Source: Escherichia phage HMD-9. Taken from it: a DNA stretch of 64,000 nucleotides. The stretch lies in the sequence record PV287714.1, one strand, 5' to 3'. The position numbers were made by a program, and so were the translations under genes. How positions within the stretch are numbered: the stretch's first letter is position 1; every line of letters begins with the position of its first letter. Under the pieces are notes generated by a model. The model was not told the DNA's origin. It worked only from the letters and a program-made list of their open reading frames with translations, and did no database searches. Positions 38,489 to 48,003 of the stretch are shown here, in pieces.

Positions 38489-38620
38489 TTAAATTTTCCA
38501 GTTACCATTTTCATCAATGAATTTAATCCAGTCATTTACTGACCACTTGGTCGTATCGCCTTTTGGAGCAACATTTAAAGTGTATAATCCTTGTTTAAAA
38601 AGCATTCGTTTGATATTCAT
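38489..38620 (-). CDS. hypothetical small protein, 43 aa
   Basis: Track ORF trimmed to internal ATG with GAGGAAAAT SD. Confidence 0.35.
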   Translation of the reverse strand: MNIKRMLFKQGLYTLNVAPKGDTTKWSVNDWIKFIDENGNWKI

Positions 38621-38627
38621 ATTTTCC

Positions 38628-38921
38628 TCAGCTATAACGATAACACTCGTTTGATTTGCGCTTAGCAACTCGTTGAGAAGTATTGTAATCAAAATCGTCA
38701 TCAATGTAAACTGATTTTTTCAACTTTCTTACTTCACTGCGTAATTGACGATTTAGCTCATCTTTAACTTCTGAATCAATGCCTTTCATTCTACGCCATT
38801 TATCTGAGCGAAAAATGTTTTCAACCATATCTTTATGACTTACACCATCAGGAGCTTTACGCTTTCCGAAATAGTCATAATCACGTACTTTTAAATCTTT
38901 ACGACGATACGTTTTACCCAT
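38628..38921 (-). CDS. hypothetical basic protein, 97 aa
   Basis: Track ORF trimmed to internal ATG (MGKTYRRKDLK) with AAGGAAA SD. Confidence 0.45.
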   Translation of the reverse strand: MGKTYRRKDLKVRDYDYFGKRKAPDGVSHKDMVENIFRSDKWRRMKGIDSEVKDELNRQLRSEVRKLKKSVYIDDDFDYNTSQRVAKRKSNECYRYS

Positions 38922-39096
38922 GGAGTTTAATTTCCTTAGCAACTGAACTAAATACAGCACGGTCACAAATCATCTGTTTATGTAACTTAAGTATAAGATA
39001 ATAAACTTCAAAACCGTTTACGTAAGTAACACGAACAACATTACCATTAATAAAATAATATTGTCCCTTTTTAATTTCTTTATCAACCACAACCAT
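38914..39096 (-). CDS. hypothetical small protein
   Basis: 60-aa track ORF downstream of early promoter. Confidence 0.45.
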   Translation of the reverse strand: MVVVDKEIKKGQYYFINGNVVRVTYVNGFEVYYLILKLHKQMICDRAVFSSVAKEIKLHG

Positions 39097-39126
39097 ATCA
39101 AATCCTCAAAGGCAATTCATATGTTA

Positions 39127-39156
39127 ATAATACCATAGTTTGAACTTCTTGTAAAC
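39127..39156 (-). promoter_or_regulatory. T4-type early promoter
   Basis: Reverse complement GTTTACaagaagttcaaactatggTATTAT. Confidence 0.55.
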
Positions 39157-39237
39157 AACTTTGTGAAAACTATTTTAGGGAATGATAAGAAGGGAACGAT
39201 AGCTTAGAATGGTAATATACAGAATGTGAGAAAGAAA

Positions 39238-39251
39238 GGCCCAGAGGGCCC
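39238..39251 (-). terminator. GC hairpin downstream of nrdH-like gene
   Basis: ggccc-aga-gggcc followed by U-rich tract on minus strand. Confidence 0.5.
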
Positions 39252-39254
39252 GTC

Positions 39255-39578
39255 TTAGTCTTCTATGATATCTCTATCATATCCAAGTGAAATGAGAGTT
39301 TCTTTGAAGTGTTTAATGTTCTTTTGTCTAGAATCATTGATGAAAATGACTGGATAACGAATGTTAAGAGATGTGAATCCAGCGCGTTTAGCAAGAGATA
39401 CAATCAGCGGACGATCATACTCAATCTTACCATTATTTGTAAGAACTTTATAGAAAGTAAAAGGAGCATTGAGCTCCTTTAGAAGTTTTGTAACTGATTG
39501 ACATCCAGGACAACGACCTACTTCATCTGGAATTCCATAGACTTCAATCTTATTCTTTAAGTTCGAGTTTTGTTCCAC
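39255..39578 (-). CDS. nrdH: glutaredoxin-like protein NrdH
   Basis: CPGC redox motif (KIEVYGIPDEVGRCPGCQ); start uncertain, probably GTG at 39576-39578. Confidence 0.55.
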   Translation of the reverse strand: MEQNSNLKNKIEVYGIPDEVGRCPGCQSVTKLLKELNAPFTFYKVLTNNGKIEYDRPLIVSLAKRAGFTSLNIRYPVIFINDSRQKNIKHFKETLISLGYDRDIIED

Positions 39579-39861
39579 GAGAAATAATTCCTTGATAAGC
39601 CCAGTATGGCGGGTTAACAGAATCATCGCCAGAATTTTCTTCAGGAAAATAAACCTGGATAACAAATCCAGATGCATCAAAGGTAAAATAAACCGTAGGT
39701 AATTCACCTAACAATTCAGCACGGTTATTAATTTCTTCGAGTTCTCGTTCTCGTCCAGCCCAAAAACTAGGATTTAGATTACATTCATAGAAATAATAGT
39801 CATTACCGAACATATCAAAACCCTTCCAACTCTCTACCACATACCGCTCAAAACTAATCAT
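39550..39861 (-). CDS. hypothetical protein
   Basis: 103-aa track ORF. Confidence 0.5.
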   Translation of the reverse strand: MISFERYVVESWKGFDMFGNDYYFYECNLNPSFWAGRERELEEINNRAELLGELPTVYFTFDASGFVIQVYFPEENSGDDSVNPPYWAYQGIISRGTKLELKE

Positions 39862-39863
39862 AA

Positions 39864-40103
39864 TTAAGCCTTTTTATCAAGAACAGCATTCAGTTTGTTA
39901 GTAATTTTATCCAGACGCTCATTGAACTCGCTAGAAGACAGTCCTTTTTCTGGAGAAATTAAGCTAATCACGAAAAATATAGCAATAAAAGGAATAAGAA
40001 AAATAGCACCAACTGCCATAAACAAAAAGAACGTCACAGTTGTAAGAAAATCAGCTAAACCTTTACGAAATTTATACATATTTACCCTTAATTTATTAAC
40101 CAA
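39864..40103 (-). CDS. hypothetical membrane protein
   Basis: 79-aa track ORF with one hydrophobic helix. Confidence 0.5.
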   Translation of the reverse strand: MVNKLRVNMYKFRKGLADFLTTVTFFLFMAVGAIFLIPFIAIFFVISLISPEKGLSSSEFNERLDKITNKLNAVLDKKA

Positions 40104-40193
40104 GCATTGATAAGTACTAAACTATACTGCGAATAAAATTCTGGACCAAAATGAAAAATCATATCATTTATAGTATCAATAATATAATTCAGT

Positions 40194-40664
40194 TTAATCA
40201 TGTTTCCACACCCCATCGGTATTTGACCAAAGCCGCTGATTATCTGAACCTCGCCACAGCTTTTTGGTCGGAAGATTTTTCTCATACTTCCCATCAATAA
40301 TAACATCAACATATTTAAGCATTTCTAGTTGTTTAATATCTTCAAACTTATATCCTGTCCACAACCAAATGCTTTTATTCGGATAAAGATTTTTTACCGT
40401 TTGAACAATGCAATGAACATCATCTCGGTTATCAGGATAAAGAGGGTCTCCTCCAGTTATAGTTAATCCTTCTATATAATCATTATTCAAACATTCAATT
40501 AATTGTTCTAGTGTTTCACCAGTGAATGGAACGCCATTTCTAGCATTCCATGTTGATTTATTATAACACCCTTCACATTTATGCAAACACCCCGTAACGA
40601 AAAGAACGACCCTGCATCCAGGGCCATTTACAAAATCGCAGGGATAAAATCTATCGTAATTCAT
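40194..40664 (-). CDS. nrdG: anaerobic ribonucleotide reductase activating protein NrdG (radical SAM)
   Basis: 156-aa track ORF; CxxxCxxC (CLHKCEGC). Confidence 0.93.
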   Translation of the reverse strand: MNYDRFYPCDFVNGPGCRVVLFVTGCLHKCEGCYNKSTWNARNGVPFTGETLEQLIECLNNDYIEGLTITGGDPLYPDNRDDVHCIVQTVKNLYPNKSIWLWTGYKFEDIKQLEMLKYVDVIIDGKYEKNLPTKKLWRGSDNQRLWSNTDGVWKHD

Positions 40665-42478
40665 TGGTGTTTAACCCTATGCATGATTTCTTTATTTTTG
40701 CCGAGATTAAATCCGCGTTCATTCGGATTTCCCAAATAACCACAAGTTCTTCTTATTGTGTTCATCTTTTTAGGATCAGTTTCTCCACAAATAGAACAAA
40801 CAAATCCGTTTTCAGTAGGAGTCATTTCATGGGTACTTCCACATGTAAAACATTTATCTACTGGCATATTAACACCAAAATAATCTAAATGTTGTGCAGC
40901 ATAATCCCATACAGCCTCAAGACCTTTTAGGTTATTTTTCATATCAGGAAGTTCAACATAAGAAATGTGACCACCTGTCGCAATGAAATGATATGGGGCT
41001 TCTCGAGAAATCTTTTCAAACGGAGTGATATTTTCTTCTACTGAAACGTGGAAACTATTAGTGTACCATCCTTTATCAGTAACATCCTTTACACTTCCAT
41101 ATTTCTCGGTATCAAGTTTACAGAAGCGATAACAAAGGTTTTCAGCAGGTGTAGAATACAAGCTAAAAGCAAAACCGGTTCTTTCAGTCCACTGCTTAAG
41201 ACGAGCATTCATTTTAGTTAAAATTTCCTGTCCAATATCACGACCGACAAGAATATTCAATTCGTGAATACCAATGTATCCTAGGGACACTGAACTTCTA
41301 CCGTTTTTAAATAACTCAATTATGTCGTCGTCAGGTTTAAGACGAACCCCGAATGCACCTTCTTGGTAAAGAATAGGAGCAACAGTCGCTTTAACTCCTT
41401 TTAAGGAACTAATTCTACACATCAAGGCTTCAAAACACAGGTCCATTCGCTCATCAAACAATTCAGTAAATTTCTGTTCATTGAACTGTGTTCCAATATA
41501 AGAATCTAACGCGATACGAGGAAGATTCAGTGTTACAACGCCAAGATTATTACGTCCATCAAGAATTTCATTACCGGTTGAATCTTTCCATACGCTCAAA
41601 AAACTACGGCAACCCATTGGAGAAACAGGAACAGATGAACCAGTGATAGCTTTATTATTCTTAACTGAAATAATATCAGGATACATTCTTTTGCTTGCGC
41701 ATTCTAAAGCAAGCTGCTTAATATCATAGTTCGGGTCGTCTTTATAAAGATTAACACCTTCTTCAACGAACATAACAAGTTTAGGGAAAATAGGAGTTAT
41801 CCCATCACGACCAAGACCTTTAATGCGGTTTTTAAGAATTGCTTTCTGAATCATTCGTTCAGTCCAGTCAGTTCCCGTACCAAATGTAATTGTTACAAAA
41901 GGCGTCTGTCCGTTTGAACTAAAGAGAGTATTTACTTCATATTCATAAGCTTGGAACGCATCGTATACGTCTTTTTCTGTTTTAGATTGGGCATAATTCA
42001 ATGCATCTGCGATTTGCCATTTTTCCGCGTCCTCAATATGTTTTGCGTAGGTGCGTTTAACATAAGGAGAAAGTACTTTATCTACATTCGCAAAAGTCGT
42101 TCCGCCATATTGATGAGAAGCAACCTGTGCAGTAATTTGTGCCATAATTGCAGTAGCAACGCCGATTGATTTAGGAGTTTCAATCTGTGCATTACCGAGC
42201 TTAAATCCATTCTCAAGCATTCCTTTTAAATCTACTAAACAGCAATTAGTAAATGGAAGAGCAGGGGAATAATCAATATCATGGAAATGAATAATTCCGC
42301 TTTCATGCGCTTTCATAATAAAAGACGGGACCATATTTTTGGCAATGTGTTTAGACACAATACCAGCCATAAGGTCCCGTTGAGTTGGAAAAACACGAGA
42401 ATCTTTATTAGCATTCTCGTTTAAAAGGTCTTTATTAGTTTTATGAATCAATCCTTCAATTTCTTTTTCAATTGTCAT
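40661..42478 (-). CDS. nrdD: anaerobic ribonucleotide reductase NrdD, uninterrupted
   Basis: 605-aa track ORF; C-terminal zinc ribbon and glycyl radical motif (RTCGY); no intron. Confidence 0.95.
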   Translation of the reverse strand: MTIEKEIEGLIHKTNKDLLNENANKDSRVFPTQRDLMAGIVSKHIAKNMVPSFIMKAHESGIIHFHDIDYSPALPFTNCCLVDLKGMLENGFKLGNAQIETPKSIGVATAIMAQITAQVASHQYGGTTFANVDKVLSPYVKRTYAKHIEDAEKWQIADALNYAQSKTEKDVYDAFQAYEYEVNTLFSSNGQTPFVTITFGTGTDWTERMIQKAILKNRIKGLGRDGITPIFPKLVMFVEEGVNLYKDDPNYDIKQLALECASKRMYPDIISVKNNKAITGSSVPVSPMGCRSFLSVWKDSTGNEILDGRNNLGVVTLNLPRIALDSYIGTQFNEQKFTELFDERMDLCFEALMCRISSLKGVKATVAPILYQEGAFGVRLKPDDDIIELFKNGRSSVSLGYIGIHELNILVGRDIGQEILTKMNARLKQWTERTGFAFSLYSTPAENLCYRFCKLDTEKYGSVKDVTDKGWYTNSFHVSVEENITPFEKISREAPYHFIATGGHISYVELPDMKNNLKGLEAVWDYAAQHLDYFGVNMPVDKCFTCGSTHEMTPTENGFVCSICGETDPKKMNTIRRTCGYLGNPNERGFNLGKNKEIMHRVKHQ

Positions 42479-42948
42479 TTTAAACTCTTTCTAAGCTGCT
42501 TCTTAAATGAAGCTATTAATTGTGTTTTGGTGTCAGATTCATTATATTCAAATCCTCTTTGAAGCATCTCAGCCATCATTTCCTCTTTTCCTAAACGAGA
42601 AAATTCCTTTGATTTATCTCCAACAAAGTTAGGGTGAATATTATTTTGGGTGTAATCGGATTTTAAATAAGTAAGTAAATTTTCTAACCATTCAAGATAA
42701 TCAACACCTTGTCCCTTTAAGCCAGAACGATTAAATTTATGCTTCATTTGACCTTCTGCAGCATTACAGAGATTACATAGCAACCCACGTACCTTTCCTG
42801 CTTTTGGTCCATTTAATTCATGGTCATGGTCAAGGTGATTAGCTTGAACATCAGGATTTAATTCTCGTTGGCAAATTAAGCATTTACCGTTTTGTGCATT
42901 ATAAAATTTTTGTTTTTCTTCTTTGTATAATTTGCCAGTCAATAACAT
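42475..42948 (-). CDS. 49: endonuclease VII gp49 (Holliday junction resolvase)
   Basis: 157-aa track ORF; HLDHDHELNG H-N-H-like motif; matches T4 gp49. Confidence 0.93.
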   Translation of the reverse strand: MLLTGKLYKEEKQKFYNAQNGKCLICQRELNPDVQANHLDHDHELNGPKAGKVRGLLCNLCNAAEGQMKHKFNRSGLKGQGVDYLEWLENLLTYLKSDYTQNNIHPNFVGDKSKEFSRLGKEEMMAEMLQRGFEYNESDTKTQLIASFKKQLRKSLK

Positions 42949-42991
42949 AATAAAACCCTTACCTTAAATAGATAAGGGTATTTATTATTTT

Positions 42992-43168
42992 TCAAGTATT
43001 GTAAAACATTCGATGCAATCGCTTATATTGCCGAATCATCTTTTTAGTAGGACGAGAATAAGTTCCTACACAAGTGGTCATATTAGGGTCTGTAGAATTT
43101 CCTTTAATAAAAAGTTTCCAAACCTTACCACCATTTAACTTTTCAGTATAAATCAATTCAGTTTTCAT
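42992..43168 (-). CDS. hypothetical small protein, 58 aa
   Basis: ORF below track cutoff; ATG overlaps stop of upstream gene (TAATG). Confidence 0.35.
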   Translation of the reverse strand: MKTELIYTEKLNGGKVWKLFIKGNSTDPNMTTCVGTYSRPTKKMIRQYKRLHRMFYNT

Positions 43169-43632
43169 TAAAATGCTCGGTCAGAAAAAGAAATTTGAGT
43201 TTCAAGCCATTCAATATATTCTGCCGCAGCTTGCATCAGGTTACCTTCATAACCATCGTTATTTTCTTGCGCAGCTAATTTAGCTAATGCATATGAAATG
43301 CGTTCACCCTGAAAAGCGGCTTTAGGTTTATGAATAGCTTGATCAACTCGTTCTACGACTTCTTCAATTTCGCCGTTTTCTACTGATTCAGTATTCCATA
43401 GGCACCAATATGTAATTGGCTTATCATAGATGTTAATAACCTTTCCGTCAGAAAGTTCAATTTCAATAATTCCAGTATCAGGTTCTATATCATCTTCACA
43501 TTCTTTCGCAAGTTCACGAACTTTAAAGACAGTACCTGCACTAAGTTCTGGCCAGTAATTACACAACCCTTTATCAGCACGATTAATTCTAAACCACTTA
43601 TCTACTGTAATCATGTCCCATCTCCATATCAA
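43168..43632 (-). CDS. hypothetical protein (pin/49.x region)
   Basis: 154-aa track ORF. Confidence 0.55.
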   Translation of the reverse strand: MIWRWDMITVDKWFRINRADKGLCNYWPELSAGTVFKVRELAKECEDDIEPDTGIIEIELSDGKVINIYDKPITYWCLWNTESVENGEIEEVVERVDQAIHKPKAAFQGERISYALAKLAAQENNDGYEGNLMQAAAEYIEWLETQISFSDRAF

Positions 43633-43736
43633 TTATGTCATTTATTGTAGGTTCATTATATACTGTTTCTTCATCAGTGTAAACCGGTTCTTCCGGCTCT
43701 GGCTCTACAGTTTCCCATCTAACCGCCCACCAGGGT

Positions 43737-43946
43737 TTAACCCCGAAGCTTATTAAGTTCTTCATAATCAATCCAGGATTCTAATCCTGATGGCAAATCA
43801 GATTCAATTTCCCAAAGAAGCTCTTCAATTTTCTGAAGACGATCTAATTCTTCAGCTGGAATAGTAACCATTGACGGAGTTCTTGATACACTAATATCGT
43901 AAATCATATTTACCCCAGTTTGACCATACAATCGCCGTATTTCCAT
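43737..43946 (-). CDS. hypothetical small protein
   Basis: 69-aa track ORF. Confidence 0.45.
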   Translation of the reverse strand: MEIRRLYGQTGVNMIYDISVSRTPSMVTIPAEELDRLQKIEELLWEIESDLPSGLESWIDYEELNKLRG

Positions 43947-44125
43947 TTAGAAATAGACTTTTCACCATTAGAATAATAAACTTCGAGTTTAGCACGATTA
44001 TTTTTAATTTGAATAACCTTTGCTGTCATCAAAGTTCCATACCCGTAATAAACTGCAACCTCATCACCTACATATACCGCGCTTCCGCGGTAGTCATGGA
44101 TATAATCAGTTCCTTCAAGCATCAT
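43910..44125 (-). CDS. hypothetical small protein
   Basis: 71-aa track ORF. Confidence 0.45.
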   Translation of the reverse strand: MMLEGTDYIHDYRGSAVYVGDEVAVYYGYGTLMTAKVIQIKNNRAKLEVYYSNGEKSISKWKYGDCMVKLG

Positions 44126-44385
44126 TTAAAGTATTCCCGCAATTGGTCAAATCCACCAATATGACTTCCATCAGGAGCAAATACCTGAGGCATCGTCAAA
44201 CCAATTTGAGTATCACGACCAAGTTTAGTCAGAAGCTCAGCGATTTTCTCATCATCAAAAACACCTTTTTCTGGCATAATGTTGATAAATTCAAACGGCT
44301 GTTTCTTCACAGTCAAGAGACGTTTTGCATTATCGCAATACACACATTTATGGATGTTGCTATCATAACCATATACTTTAAACAT
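44122..44385 (-). CDS. nrdC: thioredoxin/glutaredoxin NrdC
   Basis: 87-aa track ORF; CVYC active site; matches T4 thioredoxin. Confidence 0.93.
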   Translation of the reverse strand: MFKVYGYDSNIHKCVYCDNAKRLLTVKKQPFEFINIMPEKGVFDDEKIAELLTKLGRDTQIGLTMPQVFAPDGSHIGGFDQLREYFK

Positions 44386-44386
44386 A

Positions 44387-44629
44387 TTATTCCTTAATTC
44401 CTAGTACTTGTTTAAAAGTCTCGTCGTAATCAAGACTTTGGCCCGTTTGTTCTTTATGTTTGTATATAATATCACTTACTTCTGATAGCATATTTTTATA
44501 TGAACGAGTTAAAGCAGATTTAAGCACACTATATCTATCAGGAAATTTACCATGTTCATTATAATAAGCTATTGCTAATTCACGGACTGCCTTTTCAGCA
44601 GTCTCCATATATTCTTTACGCTTTGTCAT
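44387..44629 (-). CDS. hypothetical protein
   Basis: 80-aa track ORF. Confidence 0.5.
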
Positions 44630-44698
44630 TTTCTTCTCGGTTAAATCGGTGTTTGCAATGACGGCATTTATAACGAAGATTACTAGTCTGCCAATGGA

Positions 44699-44932
44699 CT
44701 AATTGAACCTGTTCAGTACCGCATTTTGGACAGTTCGGAACATTCTTAGAAGACCTTTCGCGACGTTCAACCATAGCCATAATAGCATCCAAGCAGGAGG
44801 TTTAAAGTCTAGATCGTCACAACCATGAATCTTTCCGCGCATTTCTAGATCGTCTTCTTCACCAGCCATAATAATTTTAATTAGACTGGAATTACTTGAA
44901 GCTGCAATATCTTCTAATAAACGCTTTTTCAT
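44699..44932 (-). CDS. hypothetical small protein
   Basis: 77-aa track ORF. Confidence 0.45.
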   Translation of the reverse strand: MKKRLLEDIAASSNSSLIKIIMAGEEDDLEMRGKIHGCDDLDFKPPAWMLLWLWLNVAKGLLRMFRTVQNAVLNRFN

Positions 44933-45855
44933 TTCAGTACCTCAATAGCATCACGTAAACCATTTGCTTTTGCATTAAGAGCTTTTAACAATTTGGTATG
45001 TTCGGCAATCTGGGCTTCAACTTCAATCAAACGGGCACTGAGATATTCGCGTTCTTCTTTCATAGTATCATTCCCATGATTAGGCTTTGGCGTAGGTTTA
45101 AATTTACTAGGGTCCTTTAACTTAATAACAACTTTAGTTTCAAACAGTGAAAGACCATAATTCGTATTATCGTCAAAGGATTCAACTACGTCCATTTTAG
45201 ACAATAACGTACGAAGATTATAAGTCAAAGAACGAATCGTTTTATTATGTTTATTAGCTTCACGCGGTTTCATATATGGAAGATTTTTATATATTTCATG
45301 CGGAGCACAAACAATAATTGACAATTCAAATGGTCCATTCTGTGATGATGGAATAAATTTAGCCGTAACCCAATCTTTTACATTTACATTAATAGTACGG
45401 TCATCGCCATGACAAAACAGTCTACGAGAATGCTTAAAAAGCATATTCACATTATTATTAAATTCATGTGAAAACTCACTAGCAAATTTTTCTTTACTAT
45501 TTTTAGAAAACCATTCTTCTAAATAAGTTCTTTTCACGTCATTAATAATATTAAATGTAACAACATTAGCATTTGATACATTAGTCTCAATGTAGCTTGG
45601 ATACATAAATTTTTTAACATTATTAACAGCTATTACAGAAGATAGTAATCGGGAACGTTTGAACCACTCTAGCAAAGAACCAAGAGAATGTGAATATGCA
45701 TTTTGTGTATCTTTACAAATATGGTTTTCCCATCCAATATAGTCTAAAAAATCACGAAGAATATTATTGATTACTGCTCTATGTCCTATCTGATAATTAC
45801 GATGTTTAGTAATAAGACTGTCAAAATAATCAATATAATGTTTACGAGTTTTCAT
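44929..45855 (-). CDS. hypothetical protein with C-terminal coiled coil; paralogue family member 1 of 4
   Basis: 308-aa track ORF; N-term MKTRKHY; C-terminal heptad-like LLKALNAKANGLRDAIEVLK. Confidence 0.6.
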   Translation of the reverse strand: MKTRKHYIDYFDSLITKHRNYQIGHRAVINNILRDFLDYIGWENHICKDTQNAYSHSLGSLLEWFKRSRLLSSVIAVNNVKKFMYPSYIETNVSNANVVTFNIINDVKRTYLEEWFSKNSKEKFASEFSHEFNNNVNMLFKHSRRLFCHGDDRTINVNVKDWVTAKFIPSSQNGPFELSIIVCAPHEIYKNLPYMKPREANKHNKTIRSLTYNLRTLLSKMDVVESFDDNTNYGLSLFETKVVIKLKDPSKFKPTPKPNHGNDTMKEEREYLSARLIEVEAQIAEHTKLLKALNAKANGLRDAIEVLK

Positions 45856-45907
45856 GTTCTTCTCACTTGGTTAATGATTTATACTCCGAGCCATCCTTGG
45901 CTTTAAA

Positions 45908-46909
45908 TTACTTAATTAACTGTAAAGCTTGTTCAAGACGATCCAGACGATTAACAGATTCTTCCCAAATCCTTTTAGCCTGCTCATATTCTTTCTGCGC
46001 TTTATTAGAAATTTCTAGAACTTCTTTATAAGCCTTTTCTAGTGCAATAACTTCTGGACGAATTTCTACAGGTTCAGGCGAATCATCAAGATTATCCATT
46101 AGTTCCTCAAGTGTAATTTCTTCTTTAGGAGTATTCACAATTTCATCACATTTTTGTTGGTAAATTTCTTTATCAGTCGGTGAGTACGCACATTTCACTT
46201 CACGAAGACTAACTACAATTTTATATCCTTCCCAACCGCATATATTCTTAAAAGGATACGTATGAATATTTTCTACTGTTTCCATACAAAGTAATGCGGT
46301 TTCTAATTGACGAGTTATAGTGCTAGCAATTGAGAAAAATTTATTAATGTTCTTTTGGTTAGTTTCTGGTGTAAAAAATCCATAATTCACAAAAATAGAT
46401 ACTTTATTTTTATCAAGTTCATATTCTTTTATGATAATCATATCAGAAGCCAAAGGATGAATTTGACGATAATCGCCATAACATAATTTAGAAGCTGATT
46501 TTAGAATCTGTCCTTTGAAAAGTCTGAAATTACTAATCCAACGACGAGTAAAAATATTCTCAGGGTCTTCTTTATTATTAAGATGATAAGAATTATCATC
46601 ACCGAACCAATTATATCCTACTACATCTTTGGTTCGTTTAATTTCTTTCCCAAAATTACCAAGAATATCCCGATTAACCAAATATGAAAGAAGACGAGAC
46701 TCTTTAAAGGTTTTCTTGATAACATCTTTATCTACACGACTAGAAATTTTACGAATTTCATGAATAAATTTAGTAGAAGAAACAATACCTGCATCAACAC
46801 TATTGAGCCATTGATTGATAATAGAAATAACGCTATTTTGACCAAACATCGGTATAGCTTTATCATCAATAACACTATTGAATGATTTGATATATTCGTT
46901 ACGAGTCAT
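45908..46909 (-). CDS. hypothetical protein with C-terminal coiled coil; paralogue family member 2 of 4
   Basis: Track ORF trimmed to MTRNEYIKSF (GAGGAG SD; longer start reads through promoter); 333 aa. Confidence 0.6.
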   Translation of the reverse strand: MTRNEYIKSFNSVIDDKAIPMFGQNSVISIINQWLNSVDAGIVSSTKFIHEIRKISSRVDKDVIKKTFKESRLLSYLVNRDILGNFGKEIKRTKDVVGYNWFGDDNSYHLNNKEDPENIFTRRWISNFRLFKGQILKSASKLCYGDYRQIHPLASDMIIIKEYELDKNKVSIFVNYGFFTPETNQKNINKFFSIASTITRQLETALLCMETVENIHTYPFKNICGWEGYKIVVSLREVKCAYSPTDKEIYQQKCDEIVNTPKEEITLEELMDNLDDSPEPVEIRPEVIALEKAYKEVLEISNKAQKEYEQAKRIWEESVNRLDRLEQALQLIK

Positions 46910-46937
46910 ATTAATCTCCTCAGTAGAAAGTAAGAAC

Positions 46938-46967
46938 ATTATACCACATCCTTGTGGCAAAGTAAAC
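46938..46967 (-). promoter_or_regulatory. T4-type early promoter, near-identical duplicate of 2244-2273
   Basis: Reverse complement GTTTACtttgccacaaggatgtggTATAAT. Confidence 0.6.
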
Positions 46968-47995
46968 TAGTTCAGTGCATTTAGTGCATTGTTCAGTTTA
47001 GAACGTTGCTTTGTCAGATTTTGAACCCTTGACTGAGCTTGTTCTAACACCTTTTCAGCTTCTAGCACTTCATTGGTCGCTTTAACGAGTTCATCATCTA
47101 CTGCCTTAAGAGACTTCTCAATCGCGTCAGCGTGCCATTTTTCTACAGGTTTAAAATTTGAATTTTCAGTAGGAAGAAAACTCACTTTATTAAGTTTACA
47201 TGCATCTATATTGCTTGAGCTATACATCCAAAATTTAGGATCGTTTGATGAGTAATTGGATAAATTTAAATTTAAGTTATCTTGCACTTCCTGCTTTTTC
47301 TCTTGCGTGACTTCGTCCTTTCTCAAAAAATCGTATTTAAATGAAACGATCATATCAAGTTCATACGTTGTTGTATGTTCCCAATTTCGCTCAAAACGAG
47401 GTAAAATCTTAGATTGAACAGCAGCAACAACATCCATATACTTAAATGCTTCTGTCAGCTGTGATTTAAGACATTCACAAATTGAAAGAGAATTTTTTGT
47501 ATTAGGTTTAAAGCTAATTCGTGCAGTTCTATTATTTTCTTTTAATGGTCTTACTTCCATCTGAAGAGTATAACCATCAAATTTCAGGTTCTTTAAGTTA
47601 ATGTCAGAACCTTTTAATCGACTAGCCGTCGACAAAATTTGCTTTAATTGTCTACGGAACAGAGCAATAAATCTCCATTCAATACGATAATGATTTGGAT
47701 TGAAAAATCCAGATGATAAATCGACCTTACTTTGACCAACGCCTTGAACAAATAGAGGATTTTTATAATCAATAGTTTTACAGAAATCGGTGAGCTGCTC
47801 ACGAGCCGTCATTTGCGTAATATACCCCGCTTTACTAAAATGACGTAACCATTCACTGCTATTCGTATACTTAAAGTGATGAATAACACGATTAACTTTA
47901 TCAGGGTCTAAATTATTTTCACACAAAAATGTCATAACATTACGAGTATAGCTGGCATTACGAACCATATCTTCAATTTGAGAACGAGTTTTCAT
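46967..47995 (-). CDS. hypothetical protein with C-terminal coiled coil; paralogue family member 3 of 4
   Basis: 342-aa track ORF; N-term MKTRSQI; C-term coiled coil. Confidence 0.6.
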   Translation of the reverse strand: MKTRSQIEDMVRNASYTRNVMTFLCENNLDPDKVNRVIHHFKYTNSSEWLRHFSKAGYITQMTAREQLTDFCKTIDYKNPLFVQGVGQSKVDLSSGFFNPNHYRIEWRFIALFRRQLKQILSTASRLKGSDINLKNLKFDGYTLQMEVRPLKENNRTARISFKPNTKNSLSICECLKSQLTEAFKYMDVVAAVQSKILPRFERNWEHTTTYELDMIVSFKYDFLRKDEVTQEKKQEVQDNLNLNLSNYSSNDPKFWMYSSSNIDACKLNKVSFLPTENSNFKPVEKWHADAIEKSLKAVDDELVKATNEVLEAEKVLEQAQSRVQNLTKQRSKLNNALNALN

Positions 47996-48003
47996 GGTGT
48001 TCC

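Noticed and set aside
45908-46960. Track start MPQGCGIMFLLSTEEIN for the second paralogue
   Set aside because: These codons are the reverse complement of the early promoter; translation most likely starts at MTRNEY, which has a GAGGAG Shine-Dalgarno.
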